64,000 nucleotides of DNA, taken from assembly GCA_963809825.1 (NCBI GenBank), contig CAWELJ010000014.1, positions 49,639-113,638 of the forward strand, written 5' to 3'. The DNA comes from an uncultured Acidimicrobiaceae bacterium (GTDB lineage Bacteria; Actinomycetota; Acidimicrobiia; Acidimicrobiales; RAAP-2). A program made the position numbers and the translations under genes. Shown here in pieces: positions 38,710 to 47,436 of the stretch. How positions within the stretch are numbered: the first letter of the stretch is position 1; each line of letters begins with the position of its first letter. The notes under the pieces were generated by a model. It was not told the DNA's origin, searched no databases, and worked only from the letters and a program-made list of their open reading frames with translations.

Positions 38710-38988
38710 CTACGCCGGCATCTCCTCGGGCCCGTACCCCACCTTCTTCAGGAGCCGGCGCAGGTTGGCGAGTTGTTCGGTGTCTATGTCCTTGTGGCGC
38801 GGCTCGAAGGTCTCGGTCTCGCCGTCGATCGCGACCACGAGGTGGCCCTTGTTGGTCTCCTGCACGGTGCCCAGGGCATTTAGCAGCGAGACGATCGAAT
38901 GCCACTCGATGTTGTGGCTCGTGGGGTGCCGGAAGATCTGGGACAGCGTGTCCCGCTGATGGCTGTTGACGTGCTCTGGGCTTCCCAC
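38710..38988 (-). CDS. small conserved-looking hypothetical protein (92 aa)
   Basis: GGAGGA lies 6 nt upstream of GTG 38988. The protein reads SPEHVNSHQRDTLSQIFRHPTSHNIEWHSIVSLLNALGTVQETNKGHLVVAIDGETETFEPRHKDIDTEQLANLRRLLKKVGY. No family name was recalled. Confidence 0.6.
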   Translation of the reverse strand: MGSPEHVNSHQRDTLSQIFRHPTSHNIEWHSIVSLLNALGTVQETNKGHLVVAIDGETETFEPRHKDIDTEQLANLRRLLKKVGYGPEEMPA

Positions 38989-39217
38989 GTCCGGTCCTCC
39001 CGTCTCGTGCCCTGCCGACGGCCGACGCGACCGTCGTGGCACTGCCGAAGTCTGCGCGAACGGGCAGGGTATCGGAAGTGCCGAAGGACCTTTCTGCGAG
39101 TGCGCGGCGTGCTCATCCCGGCCCGGACCTTTGGCCCTAGCGGCTGTGGGCAACGGGAATGGAGACTGGGGCCGGGTCCTTCGACCCCGGAGATGACCGC
39201 ATCAGAGGAGGCTGCAC

Positions 39218-39574
39218 ATGAGCACCGGTGACGAGTGGTCCCCAGATGAGGCGCTCGGAACGGAGACCTTCCGCCAGGGCGATGCCGCCGAGGACGAGGG
39301 CGAGCGCACCAACCCGTCCTTTCTGGAGGACCTCGAACAGGATCCGTCGCTCGACCCTGCCCTGGTCGCCGACGAGCTGGAGCTCGAGGAGCTCGGGGCC
39401 CAGCTGGACGACCCCGAGCTGCTGGTCACCCTCGAGGGTGGCATCGATGACCCCGATGGTGCCGACCGCCCTCCCGCCCACCACCGCGAGGGCGAGGAGG
39501 GCTGGGACCTGAGCGCACCCCTCATTGCGGGCGGGGACGGCGATGGCGACGCGCTCGCCGGGGCCGGCGATTAG
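39218..39574 (+). CDS. highly acidic protein (118 aa), possibly DUF5709-like
   Basis: AGAGGAGG RBS. About one third of residues are Asp/Glu. The family assignment is from memory only. Confidence 0.6.
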   Translation: MSTGDEWSPDEALGTETFRQGDAAEDEGERTNPSFLEDLEQDPSLDPALVADELELEELGAQLDDPELLVTLEGGIDDPDGADRPPAHHREGEEGWDLSAPLIAGGDGDGDALAGAGD

Positions 39575-40815
39575 TCCAGGACCTCCCGGGTCAGCCTGAG
39601 TCGACCGGCCGCGTCGGCGAGGTCCGCCCGGGCGCGGGGGTCGGCCACCTGCTCAATCAGCAGTTGCGCCTGCGCATGCTGCGATCGCCCGAACAGCTCG
39701 GCACACCCGTGCTCGCTGATCACGGCCGAGTGCTGGAAGGACGTGACGGGGTTGGTCAGTACCGGCACGACCGCGGACGAGTCCGTCTTGTCGTGCCAGG
39801 CATGCAACGCCACGATCGCGTGGCCGCCGGCAGAGTGCAGCGCGCCCGACACGAAATCGGGTTGGCCGCCGAACCCGGAGTGGATCTGTTCGTCGATGAA
39901 GCTGGCATTGGCCTGGGCGAACAGGTCGACCTGCATGGCCGCGTTGACAGAGAGCATGTGCGGGTGCGCAGCGATGCGTGCCGGGTCGTTGACCATCTCG
40001 GTTCGCAGCATCTGCACCTGTTCGTTCCCATCCGCCCATCGGTACAGCTCGGGTGAGCCGATCAGGAACGAGGTGTACACCGGCACCTCCGGATCGAGGG
40101 CGCCGGCACGATCGAGGTCCATGACCCCGTCGCTGATCATCTCGGACCAGACGCGGAGACCTTGCCGGCCCGACATCATGCGGGCCGCCACGGTGGGGAT
40201 AAGTCCGATGCCCAACTGCAGTGTCGTGCCGTCGGACGCGAACGAGGCCACGCGCTCGCCGATGGCAGCCGCCGCAGCCTCGGAGCCGTGCCCCGCGGGC
40301 GAGGTCAGGGGCTCGTCGATCTCGATCACACCGTCGATCCAGTCCAGGGGGATCTCCCCGGCGCCGAAGGTGTAGGGCATGTGCGGGTTCGCCTGCGCCA
40401 GGACCAGGCCGCCGCGGGCCCGGACCTGGTCGATGGCGGCGGGCAGCACGTTGACCTCAATCCCGAGGGAGACCCTGCCGTCCCGAGGGAGTGAGGTGTG
40501 GAGCAGCACGGCATCGGGTCGCCGGACCGTGTCGAAGAGGCGCGGGACGAGCGAGAGCCGCATCGGGAGGTAGTCGAGCATCGGATCGTGGCGCATTCCC
40601 GGGCCGACGAACGGGGTCTCGCAGATGAAGGACGGGTGTTTCGAGAAGTCGTATTGGGCGTTGAGCTGGAACACGCGACAGGTCTCGAGTGCCTGGGTGA
40701 GACCCTCGATCAGCGTGAACGGCGTGGCGGAATTGCCCGAGATCACGATCCTGGGCTCGTGCGGGCCCAGTGCACGGATCCGTGCCACCACCTCCTCGAA
40801 GGAAAGCGTCCGCAT
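39571..40815 (-). CDS. acetyl-CoA hydrolase/transferase family protein
   Basis: 414 aa with blocks [12 protein letters not shown] and [13 protein letters not shown]. The start was set at ATG 40815. Confidence 0.85.
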   Translation of the reverse strand: MRTLSFEEVVARIRALGPHEPRIVISGNSATPFTLIEGLTQALETCRVFQLNAQYDFSKHPSFICETPFVGPGMRHDPMLDYLPMRLSLVPRLFDTVRRPDAVLLHTSLPRDGRVSLGIEVNVLPAAIDQVRARGGLVLAQANPHMPYTFGAGEIPLDWIDGVIEIDEPLTSPAGHGSEAAAAAIGERVASFASDGTTLQLGIGLIPTVAARMMSGRQGLRVWSEMISDGVMDLDRAGALDPEVPVYTSFLIGSPELYRWADGNEQVQMLRTEMVNDPARIAAHPHMLSVNAAMQVDLFAQANASFIDEQIHSGFGGQPDFVSGALHSAGGHAIVALHAWHDKTDSSAVVPVLTNPVTSFQHSAVISEHGCAELFGRSQHAQAQLLIEQVADPRARADLADAAGRLRLTREVLD

Positions 40816-40938
40816 GGGACTCAGTGTCACAGAGGCCCACGGCGGCAAACAGGGACATTGGACCCTATCGGCCAGTGCTCTCATCAGGGACGATCGGTGC
40901 AGGTGGCGTGTACAAGCGCCGTCGTGGAGGTAGGGGTC

Positions 40939-43254
40939 GTGCAGGAGATTCGATGGTTCGAAGAGATCCGGCTCACGGATACGGATTCGGTGGGCGGCAA
41001 GGGCGCCAACCTCGGCGAGCTGACGGCGGGCGGTCTACCCGTGCCACCCGGGTTCGTCATCACCGGGGAGGCCTACCTCGATGCCATCGGCCGGGCGGGC
41101 ATCCGGGAGCGGCTGGTCGCCATCCTCGCCGAGGCCCGCACCGCCTCCCAGGACGACCTCGACCGCCTGGCTGCCGAGGCCCGCGACCTCGTGCACGCCG
41201 TTCCCATCCCCAAGGACCTCGCTGACGGCATCGTGAAGGCGTACCGCAAGCTCGGCAAGAACGTCCGTGTTGCCGTGCGCTCGTCGGGTATCGGCGAGGA
41301 CGCCGAAGGCACCTCGTTCGCAGGCATGAACGAGACGTTCACCAACGTCGCGGGCGAGGAGCACGTCCTGCGCCGCGTCGTGGACTGCTGGGCCTCGCTG
41401 TGGAAGGCCCGCTCCATCTTCTACCGCGGGGACAAGGACCTGACCGCGGAGCCGTCCATCGCCGTGGTGGTACAGGAGATGATCCCCTCAGTGCGCTCGG
41501 GTGTGATGTTCACGATCGATCCTTCGACCGGCGAGACGGATCACATCGTGATCGAGGCCGCGTTCGGCCAGGGCGAGGTGGTGGTGAGCGGACAGGTCGA
41601 GCCCGACACCTACGTGGTGTCGAAGGAGGGGCCTCGCCTCCTGCACGCCCGCGTGGGAACCCAGTTCTTCGAGATCGTGCGTGGGCCCGATGGCGAGGAC
41701 CAGCGGGTCGATCTCGACGCCGCCGAGGGCGGCCGCAGGGTGCTCTCGGACCAGGAGGTCATCGAGGTTGCGCGCATCGGCCTGGCCACCGAGGCGCACT
41801 ACGGCTCGCCGCAGGACACGGAGTGGGCCATGGCCGGAGGCAAGACCTACCTGGTGCAGTCACGGCCCGTGACCGCCGTGGGCGGCCTCGCCGCTCCGGC
41901 CATCACGGCTGAAACGGGCACCCTCCTCGTGCAAGGGCTGGCGGCCTCGGCGGGCCGGGCCTCGGGGGTCGTGCGCGTGCTGCAGACTCCCGATCAGGGC
42001 GAGCGCCTGCAGGCCGGAGAGGTCCTGGTCGCACCCATGACGAGCCCCGATTGGGTGCCGACCATGCGCCGCGCCGCCGCCATCGTGACCGACGGGGGCG
42101 GCATGACGTGCCATGCCGCCATCGTCTCGCGTGAGCTGGGTGTGCCCGCAGTCGTCGGTGCCCGCACCGCCACGACCGTGCTGCGCGACGGCGAGCTCGT
42201 CACGGTCGATGGCGCCCAGGGCACTGTGACCGAGGGCGCAGCCCCGGCCGTGGTCGTCCCGGCTGTGGCCGCACCGGCGCCGGCCGGGTCGAGCGGCCCG
42301 GGAGCGCTCGCCACGAAGATCTACGCCAACATCGCCTTCGCCGATCACGCCGAGGAGGTGGCCGCGCTCCCGGTCGACGGCGTTGGTCTGCTGCGCGCCG
42401 AGTTCATGGTGACCGATGCGCTGAAGGGGGTGCACCCACGCAAGCTGCTGGAGCGGGGTGAAGAGCAGACCTTCGTGGACAGCATGGCCAAGTCGCTGCT
42501 GCGGATCACCAGGGCCTTCGAGCCGCGGCCCGTCGTGTACCGCAGCATCGACTTCCGCTCCAACGAATTCTCCAACCTCGAGGGGGGCGACCAGTTCGAG
42601 CCGCATGAGGAGAACCCCATGATCGGCTATCGGGGCTGCTACCGCTATGTCCGCGAGCCTGACCTCTTCCGGCTCGAGCTCGACGTCCTGGCCCGGGTGC
42701 TCCAGGAGACGCCGAACATCGTGCTGATGATCCCCTTCGTGCGCACGGCCTGGGAGCTCGAGGCGTGTCTCGAAGTGGTCGACACCAGCCCCGTCGCGGG
42801 TGCCCTCCCGGTGTGGGTGATGGCCGAGGTGCCGTCCGTGGCCTACTGGATCCCCACCTACGCCACCATGGGGATCCAGGGCGTCTCCATCGGGAGCAAC
42901 GACCTGACCCAGCTCATGCTCGGGGTCGATCGCGACTCCCAGGTCTGCGCCGACGTGTTCGACGAGGCCGACCCCGCCGTACTCGATGCGATCGGGCGCA
43001 TCATCGGCGGCTGCCAGGCTTCGGGGATCACCTCGTCGCTGTGCGGCCAGGCGCCGTCCAACCGGCCGGCCTTCGCAGAGCACCTCGTCCGCCAGGGGAT
43101 CACGTCGATCTCGGTGAACCCGGACGCAGTCGAAGCGGTGCGCAAGACGGTGGCGGCCGCCGAGTGGCGCATGCTGCTCGAAGCCGCGGTGCCCGGCCGT
43201 CCCGAGATGTCGGGCGGCGTGGCGCCGCGCCACCCGCTCCGCCCCCGGCGCTAG
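40939..43254 (+). CDS. ppsA: phosphoenolpyruvate synthase (pyruvate, water dikinase)
   Basis: Motifs [12 protein letters not shown] and the swivel-domain phosphohistidine block [24 protein letters not shown], plus a C-terminal PEP-utilising TIM barrel ([10 protein letters not shown]). GGAGG lies 8 nt upstream of GTG 40939. Confidence 0.9.
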   Translation: MQEIRWFEEIRLTDTDSVGGKGANLGELTAGGLPVPPGFVITGEAYLDAIGRAGIRERLVAILAEARTASQDDLDRLAAEARDLVHAVPIPKDLADGIVKAYRKLGKNVRVAVRSSGIGEDAEGTSFAGMNETFTNVAGEEHVLRRVVDCWASLWKARSIFYRGDKDLTAEPSIAVVVQEMIPSVRSGVMFTIDPSTGETDHIVIEAAFGQGEVVVSGQVEPDTYVVSKEGPRLLHARVGTQFFEIVRGPDGEDQRVDLDAAEGGRRVLSDQEVIEVARIGLATEAHYGSPQDTEWAMAGGKTYLVQSRPVTAVGGLAAPAITAETGTLLVQGLAASAGRASGVVRVLQTPDQGERLQAGEVLVAPMTSPDWVPTMRRAAAIVTDGGGMTCHAAIVSRELGVPAVVGARTATTVLRDGELVTVDGAQGTVTEGAAPAVVVPAVAAPAPAGSSGPGALATKIYANIAFADHAEEVAALPVDGVGLLRAEFMVTDALKGVHPRKLLERGEEQTFVDSMAKSLLRITRAFEPRPVVYRSIDFRSNEFSNLEGGDQFEPHEENPMIGYRGCYRYVREPDLFRLELDVLARVLQETPNIVLMIPFVRTAWELEACLEVVDTSPVAGALPVWVMAEVPSVAYWIPTYATMGIQGVSIGSNDLTQLMLGVDRDSQVCADVFDEADPAVLDAIGRIIGGCQASGITSSLCGQAPSNRPAFAEHLVRQGITSISVNPDAVEAVRKTVAAAEWRMLLEAAVPGRPEMSGGVAPRHPLRPRR

Positions 43255-43353
43255 GGGAGCGCCCCGGCTCTCGGGTAGGAGAGGCCAGCCGTTGGGTGAC
43301 GGCGGTCCCGGTCCCAGCGGACCGCTCCGCGGACCGGGCAGACTGGTGCCCCT

Positions 43354-44130
43354 GTGGGTGACGCGGCCACGTTCCGACTCGACGGCCATGTGGCCACGAT
43401 CACCTACAACCGGCCCGACGCGCTCAACGCCGTCAATGCCGAGATGCGACGCGACCTCAACGATGCCTTCTCGCGGTTTCGTGACGACGAGGAGGCCTGG
43501 GTGGCCATCGTCACCGGAGCCGGGCGGTCCTTCTGCGCCGGTGCGGACCTGCGCGACGGCACCGGCTCCACCGGGGAGTTCGCCGGCACGTTCTGGGAGA
43601 AGCCGACACTGAATTCCTTCGAGAGTGGGTGGGAGATCTTCAAGCCCGTCATCGCCGCCGTGAACGGGTACTGCCTCGGGTACGGGCTCACGCTGGCCAG
43701 CTGGTGCGATTTCGTCCTGGCGAGCGACCGAGCCGAGTTCGGTCTCCCCGAAGTCAATCTCGGCGTGCCGGCGATCGTGGCGTCCATTCGCCTGCCGCAG
43801 CGGGTCAACTGGGCCGACGCCATGGAGCTGCTGCTCACGGGCGAGCGCATCGGAGCCGAACGAGCCCTCGCCATGGGTCTCGTCTGGCGGGTCGTCCCCC
43901 ACGACACCCTGCTCGACGAGGCGAACGCCCTGGCCGCACGCCTCCTCAAGGGCGCGCCGCTGGCGCAGCGGGCGATGAAGGAGATGGCGATGCGCACGCG
44001 CCACATGGCGACCTTGGAGGCCATCCGCTTCGGCGAGACCATGCGGCACGTCGCCGGCGGGACCCGGGACGCGGCGGAAGGTCGCCAGGCGGGGGCGGAG
44101 CAACGACCGCCGCGTTGGTCCGGACGATGA
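43354..44130 (+). CDS. enoyl-CoA hydratase/isomerase (crotonase) family protein
   Basis: Motifs ITYNRPDALNAV, TGAGRSFCAGADL and AAVNGYCLGYG. Confidence 0.9.
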   Translation: MGDAATFRLDGHVATITYNRPDALNAVNAEMRRDLNDAFSRFRDDEEAWVAIVTGAGRSFCAGADLRDGTGSTGEFAGTFWEKPTLNSFESGWEIFKPVIAAVNGYCLGYGLTLASWCDFVLASDRAEFGLPEVNLGVPAIVASIRLPQRVNWADAMELLLTGERIGAERALAMGLVWRVVPHDTLLDEANALAARLLKGAPLAQRAMKEMAMRTRHMATLEAIRFGETMRHVAGGTRDAAEGRQAGAEQRPPRWSGR

Positions 44131-44138
44131 GGCAGTCC

Positions 44139-45698
44139 TCAGTTCGTCGCTGAGGACTGGTTCAGGGCAGCCACCATGAGCTGCGTGGCCTGGGCGATGT
44201 GGGACTGACACTGGTACTGGGCGGCGAGCAGCACCATCAGGTGGGAATCGAAGGCGTCGAGGTTCCGCTCGTTGAGCATGGAGAGGATGGCCCCGGCCTT
44301 CTTGTCCTTGCCCAGGGCGGTGCAGACGAGCCTGGCGTCGGCGATCAGACCGGCATCGCTCTTCGCAGAGAGGGACCCGCCCACTTTGCGCATCAACACC
44401 AGGTAGGCCGCCCGGGGGTCCTTGGGCAGCGACTGGTCGCCGTAGTAGACGACCGCCTCGGCCAGGGCGGCCGCCGGCGCCGCGGCCGCCAGGCGGGGCA
44501 CCTGACCGGTGGGGAAGGCGAGCAGGCTGAGATAGAGCCCACGTTCCGCATTGTCACCGCTCTGCCCCGGGGAGAGACTGTGGCGCACCATCCAGACCAG
44601 GGGGCCGGTCTCGTAGAACTCCTGGCCGCCCGGGCCCTGGTTGGCCAGGCCGTCCTCCTTGGAGCTGATCCAGGCGTGGTCGAGAGGTTTGGTGCACGGG
44701 CCGGTCACCGAGGCACACCGGGCGAGCCCGATGCCGTACCGGCTGTTGCCCCAGGTGTTGGCGGAGTAGAAGAGCCAGAACTCGTTCTGATCCTGAATCA
44801 TGGAGGGGCCCTCGACCAGCCCACCCTCCCACGACTGGGTCGCCCCGATCAGCGGATGGGCCGGCCCGACCGTCGAGAGGCCGTCGGGAGCAAGCTGCTG
44901 GGAGTAGATGACGGTCGGCTTGTCGCAGCAGTCACCGTCGCTCTTCCACAGCAGGTACGGCGTCCCGTTGGACGAGACGAACACGCTGGGGTCGATGGCC
45001 CCGCCCTCGTCGAGCGGGCAGATGAACGCCGAGCCCGAGGTGTCGCTGAAAGGCCCCGCCGGGTTGGTCGACGTTGCCCGGGAGATGCACGCGGCACTGG
45101 TCTCCCCCCGGGTGGTACGGACACACCCGGCCACGGGCGGGGAGGCCAGGCAGCCCAGGGGGACGACTGCCGGTGTCGAGTAGTACATGACATAGGTCCC
45201 GTCGGGTCGCGCCCAGACGGCCGGACCCCACTGGAAGGCGGGAACGGTCCAGTGCGGCACGGTCGGCAGCGCATCCCCGAGGAACTGCCCGGCGAACCCC
45301 TTGTTCCGAGCGAGCCCGATCACGGGCACGTTCGCCCCGGAGTGGTATTGGGAGGGGCCGCTGCTCGAGGCGTAGATGTAGAGCACGTTCGGAGTGCGCA
45401 GTCCGAACGGGTCAGCGAAGTTGCCGTCGTAGATGGGCTGATCGTGGAGGAGACCCGAGAGCACGTTGAGCTGCAGGCCGTTCTCCATCGAGGGATGGGC
45501 GCCGATCGGACCAGAGGTGAGCGCCGACCCCGGTGGCGGGTCGATCTGGCCGGCCCGGACCGGGCTCTGCGGAATGGTCGGGCGCGTCCCCGTGGTCGTG
45601 GTGACCGACGTCGTGGCGGTCCCCCCGCACGACGCCAGGATGCAGGCGGCCAGTGCGCACCCCGCGATCACGGCCGCCCAGGCGGAGCGTGTCCTCAC
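44139..45698 (-). CDS. lipoprotein: GH43-type five-bladed propeller glycoside hydrolase fused to a C-terminal DUF732-like domain
   Basis: Lipobox LASCGG. GH43 catalytic-type motifs are FADPF, GAIDPSVF and VEGPSM. The C-terminal 90 aa form a helical two-Cys module (ARLVCTALGKDKKAGAILSML...AAQYQCQSH) like mycobacterial DUF732. Confidence 0.78.
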   Translation of the reverse strand: MRTRSAWAAVIAGCALAACILASCGGTATTSVTTTTGTRPTIPQSPVRAGQIDPPPGSALTSGPIGAHPSMENGLQLNVLSGLLHDQPIYDGNFADPFGLRTPNVLYIYASSSGPSQYHSGANVPVIGLARNKGFAGQFLGDALPTVPHWTVPAFQWGPAVWARPDGTYVMYYSTPAVVPLGCLASPPVAGCVRTTRGETSAACISRATSTNPAGPFSDTSGSAFICPLDEGGAIDPSVFVSSNGTPYLLWKSDGDCCDKPTVIYSQQLAPDGLSTVGPAHPLIGATQSWEGGLVEGPSMIQDQNEFWLFYSANTWGNSRYGIGLARCASVTGPCTKPLDHAWISSKEDGLANQGPGGQEFYETGPLVWMVRHSLSPGQSGDNAERGLYLSLLAFPTGQVPRLAAAAPAAALAEAVVYYGDQSLPKDPRAAYLVLMRKVGGSLSAKSDAGLIADARLVCTALGKDKKAGAILSMLNERNLDAFDSHLMVLLAAQYQCQSHIAQATQLMVAALNQSSATN

Positions 45699-45810
45699 CG
45701 GCCAGCGCTCCCCACGCCCACAGCATGGAGTCCCGACGACGTGTCGTCAATGGCCCTTGCCCGGGACCGGGAGTCCTCCGCTGCGGGATCGCGATCGCGA
45801 AGGCCCGCGC

Positions 45811-47436
45811 TCAGATCTCCTCGGGCACCATCTCGATCGAGCCGCAGGGGCACTCCTGGACGCACAGGCCGCAACCCTTGCAGAAGTCGTAGTCGAAGCG
45901 GTACCCGTGCGCCTCGTCGACCTTCATCACCGCGTTGTCGGGGCACACGCCGAAGCAGTTGTCGCACTGGAAGCAGTTCCCGCACGACATGCAGCGGCGC
46001 GCCTCGAACAGCGCCGTGGACTCGTCGAGGCCTCCGACGACCTCGTCAAAGGTCGAAGTCCGGCGGGCGGCCTCGAGGCGGGGACGCACCGCGTGCGGCG
46101 CGTCGGCGTAGTACCACGTGTTGAGGTGCTCGGGCGTGGCCACCTCGTGGCGGGCCGGGCGCTCCCACTCGCGTCCGTCCAGCCAGGCGTCGATGGCCCG
46201 CGCCGCCCGCTTGCCGTGCCCGATGGCGTCGGTCAGCGTGCGCGCACCCGCCACGATGTCGCCGCCGGCGAACACGCCCGGGCGAGCCGTCATCAGGTCG
46301 GCCCCGACCGGAACCACCCCGCCGTCGACCGTGATCTCCGGTGTCCCGTCCAGCAGCGACAGGTCAGCCTCCTGCCCCAGCGCCAGCACGACCGAGTCCG
46401 CCCGCAGCTCTTCGAACTCGCCGGTCGGCTGCGGGAACCCGTCGTCGTCGAGCTCCATGCGCTCGATCGTCAGGACCTCGCCGGCCTGACCGACGATGGT
46501 CGACAGCCACTTGAGCCGCACCCCCTCCTCGACGGCGTCCTGGACCTCGTCGACATTGGCCGGCATGCGCTCCCGGGTGCGCCGGTACACGACCACCGCG
46601 TCGTCGGCGCCGAGCCGCCGTGCCGTGCGGGCGGCGTCCATGGCGGTGTCGCCACCGCCGTAGATCACGACCCGCCGGCCGAGCACCGGCGGCTCGTTGT
46701 CCTCCGTCTCGCGCAGCACGGACACCGCGTCGAGGATGCGGGCAGAGTCGCCGGCGGGGATGTCGGCGTGCTTCCCACGCTGCGCCCCCACGGCGAGGAA
46801 GGCGGCAGCGAAGCCACCGTCTTCCATTGCCTGCGCGAGATCCTCGACCGTGTGGTCGCAGACGATCTCGACGCCCATGGACGCGATCCGATCGATCTCG
46901 CTCTCGACGACGTCCCGGGGCAGGCGGTAGGAGGGGATGCCGTAGCGCATCATGCCGCCGGGCAGCGGCGACGACTCGAAGATGACGACCGCATGGCCCA
47001 GGAGACGCAGGTGGTAGGCGGCCGAGAGACCTCCCGGGCCGGAGCCGACGACGAGCACCCGCTTACCCGTGGGCGCCCCGGGCGGGTCGGGCGCCCAGCC
47101 GTCCTGCAGGGCGCGGTCGCCCAGGAAGCGCTCGATGGCGTTGATCCCGACCGTCTCGTCGACGGTGGCCCGGTTGCAGGCGGTCTGGCACGGGTGGAAG
47201 CAGGCCCGCCCCATGACGGCGGGCAGCGGGTTGTCGCGCATGATCTGGCGCCACGCCGCTTCGTAGGATCCGTCCTCGGCCAGGTACAGCCACTGCTGGA
47301 TGTTCTCGCCCGCGGGGCAAGCGTTGTTGCAGGGGGGGAGACGGTCGACGTACACGGGCCGCTCGACCCGCCACGACCCGGTCTTGTTGGCCAGGCTGGA
47401 GCCGACCTCGAGCGTGATGGCGAAAGGCCTCTCCAT
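45811..47436 (-). CDS. GltD-like NAD(P)H-dependent flavoprotein fused to a C-terminal 2x[4Fe-4S] ferredoxin domain (takes the place of the OFOR delta subunit)
   Basis: GltD N-terminal Fe-S region (PPCNNACPAGENIQQW, CFHPCQTACNR), dinucleotide folds (VLVVGSGPGGLSAA, VVIYGGGDTAMD), and a C-terminal CMSCGNCFQCDNCFGVCP ... CKGCGLCVQECP. The ATG overlaps the beta-subunit stop (ATGA). Confidence 0.85.
   Translation of the reverse strand: MERPFAITLEVGSSLANKTGSWRVERPVYVDRLPPCNNACPAGENIQQWLYLAEDGSYEAAWRQIMRDNPLPAVMGRACFHPCQTACNRATVDETVGINAIERFLGDRALQDGWAPDPPGAPTGKRVLVVGSGPGGLSAAYHLRLLGHAVVIFESSPLPGGMMRYGIPSYRLPRDVVESEIDRIASMGVEIVCDHTVEDLAQAMEDGGFAAAFLAVGAQRGKHADIPAGDSARILDAVSVLRETEDNEPPVLGRRVVIYGGGDTAMDAARTARRLGADDAVVVYRRTRERMPANVDEVQDAVEEGVRLKWLSTIVGQAGEVLTIERMELDDDGFPQPTGEFEELRADSVVLALGQEADLSLLDGTPEITVDGGVVPVGADLMTARPGVFAGGDIVAGARTLTDAIGHGKRAARAIDAWLDGREWERPARHEVATPEHLNTWYYADAPHAVRPRLEAARRTSTFDEVVGGLDESTALFEARRCMSCGNCFQCDNCFGVCPDNAVMKVDEAHGYRFDYDFCKGCGLCVQECPCGSIEMVPEEI

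Noticed and set aside
38697-38710. GGGACCAATTGCCC as a further DosR-like site upstream of the PfkB kinase gene
   Set aside because: It matches only 10 of 14 core positions, the second half-site starts with T, and it overlaps the stop codon of the 92-aa gene. This is too weak to count.
41860-44211. 783-aa ORF on the minus strand spanning ppsA and the crotonase gene
   Set aside because: It is antisense to two well-supported genes and crosses their intergenic region. The composition is Arg/Gly/Pro/His-rich and no domain signatures were found.
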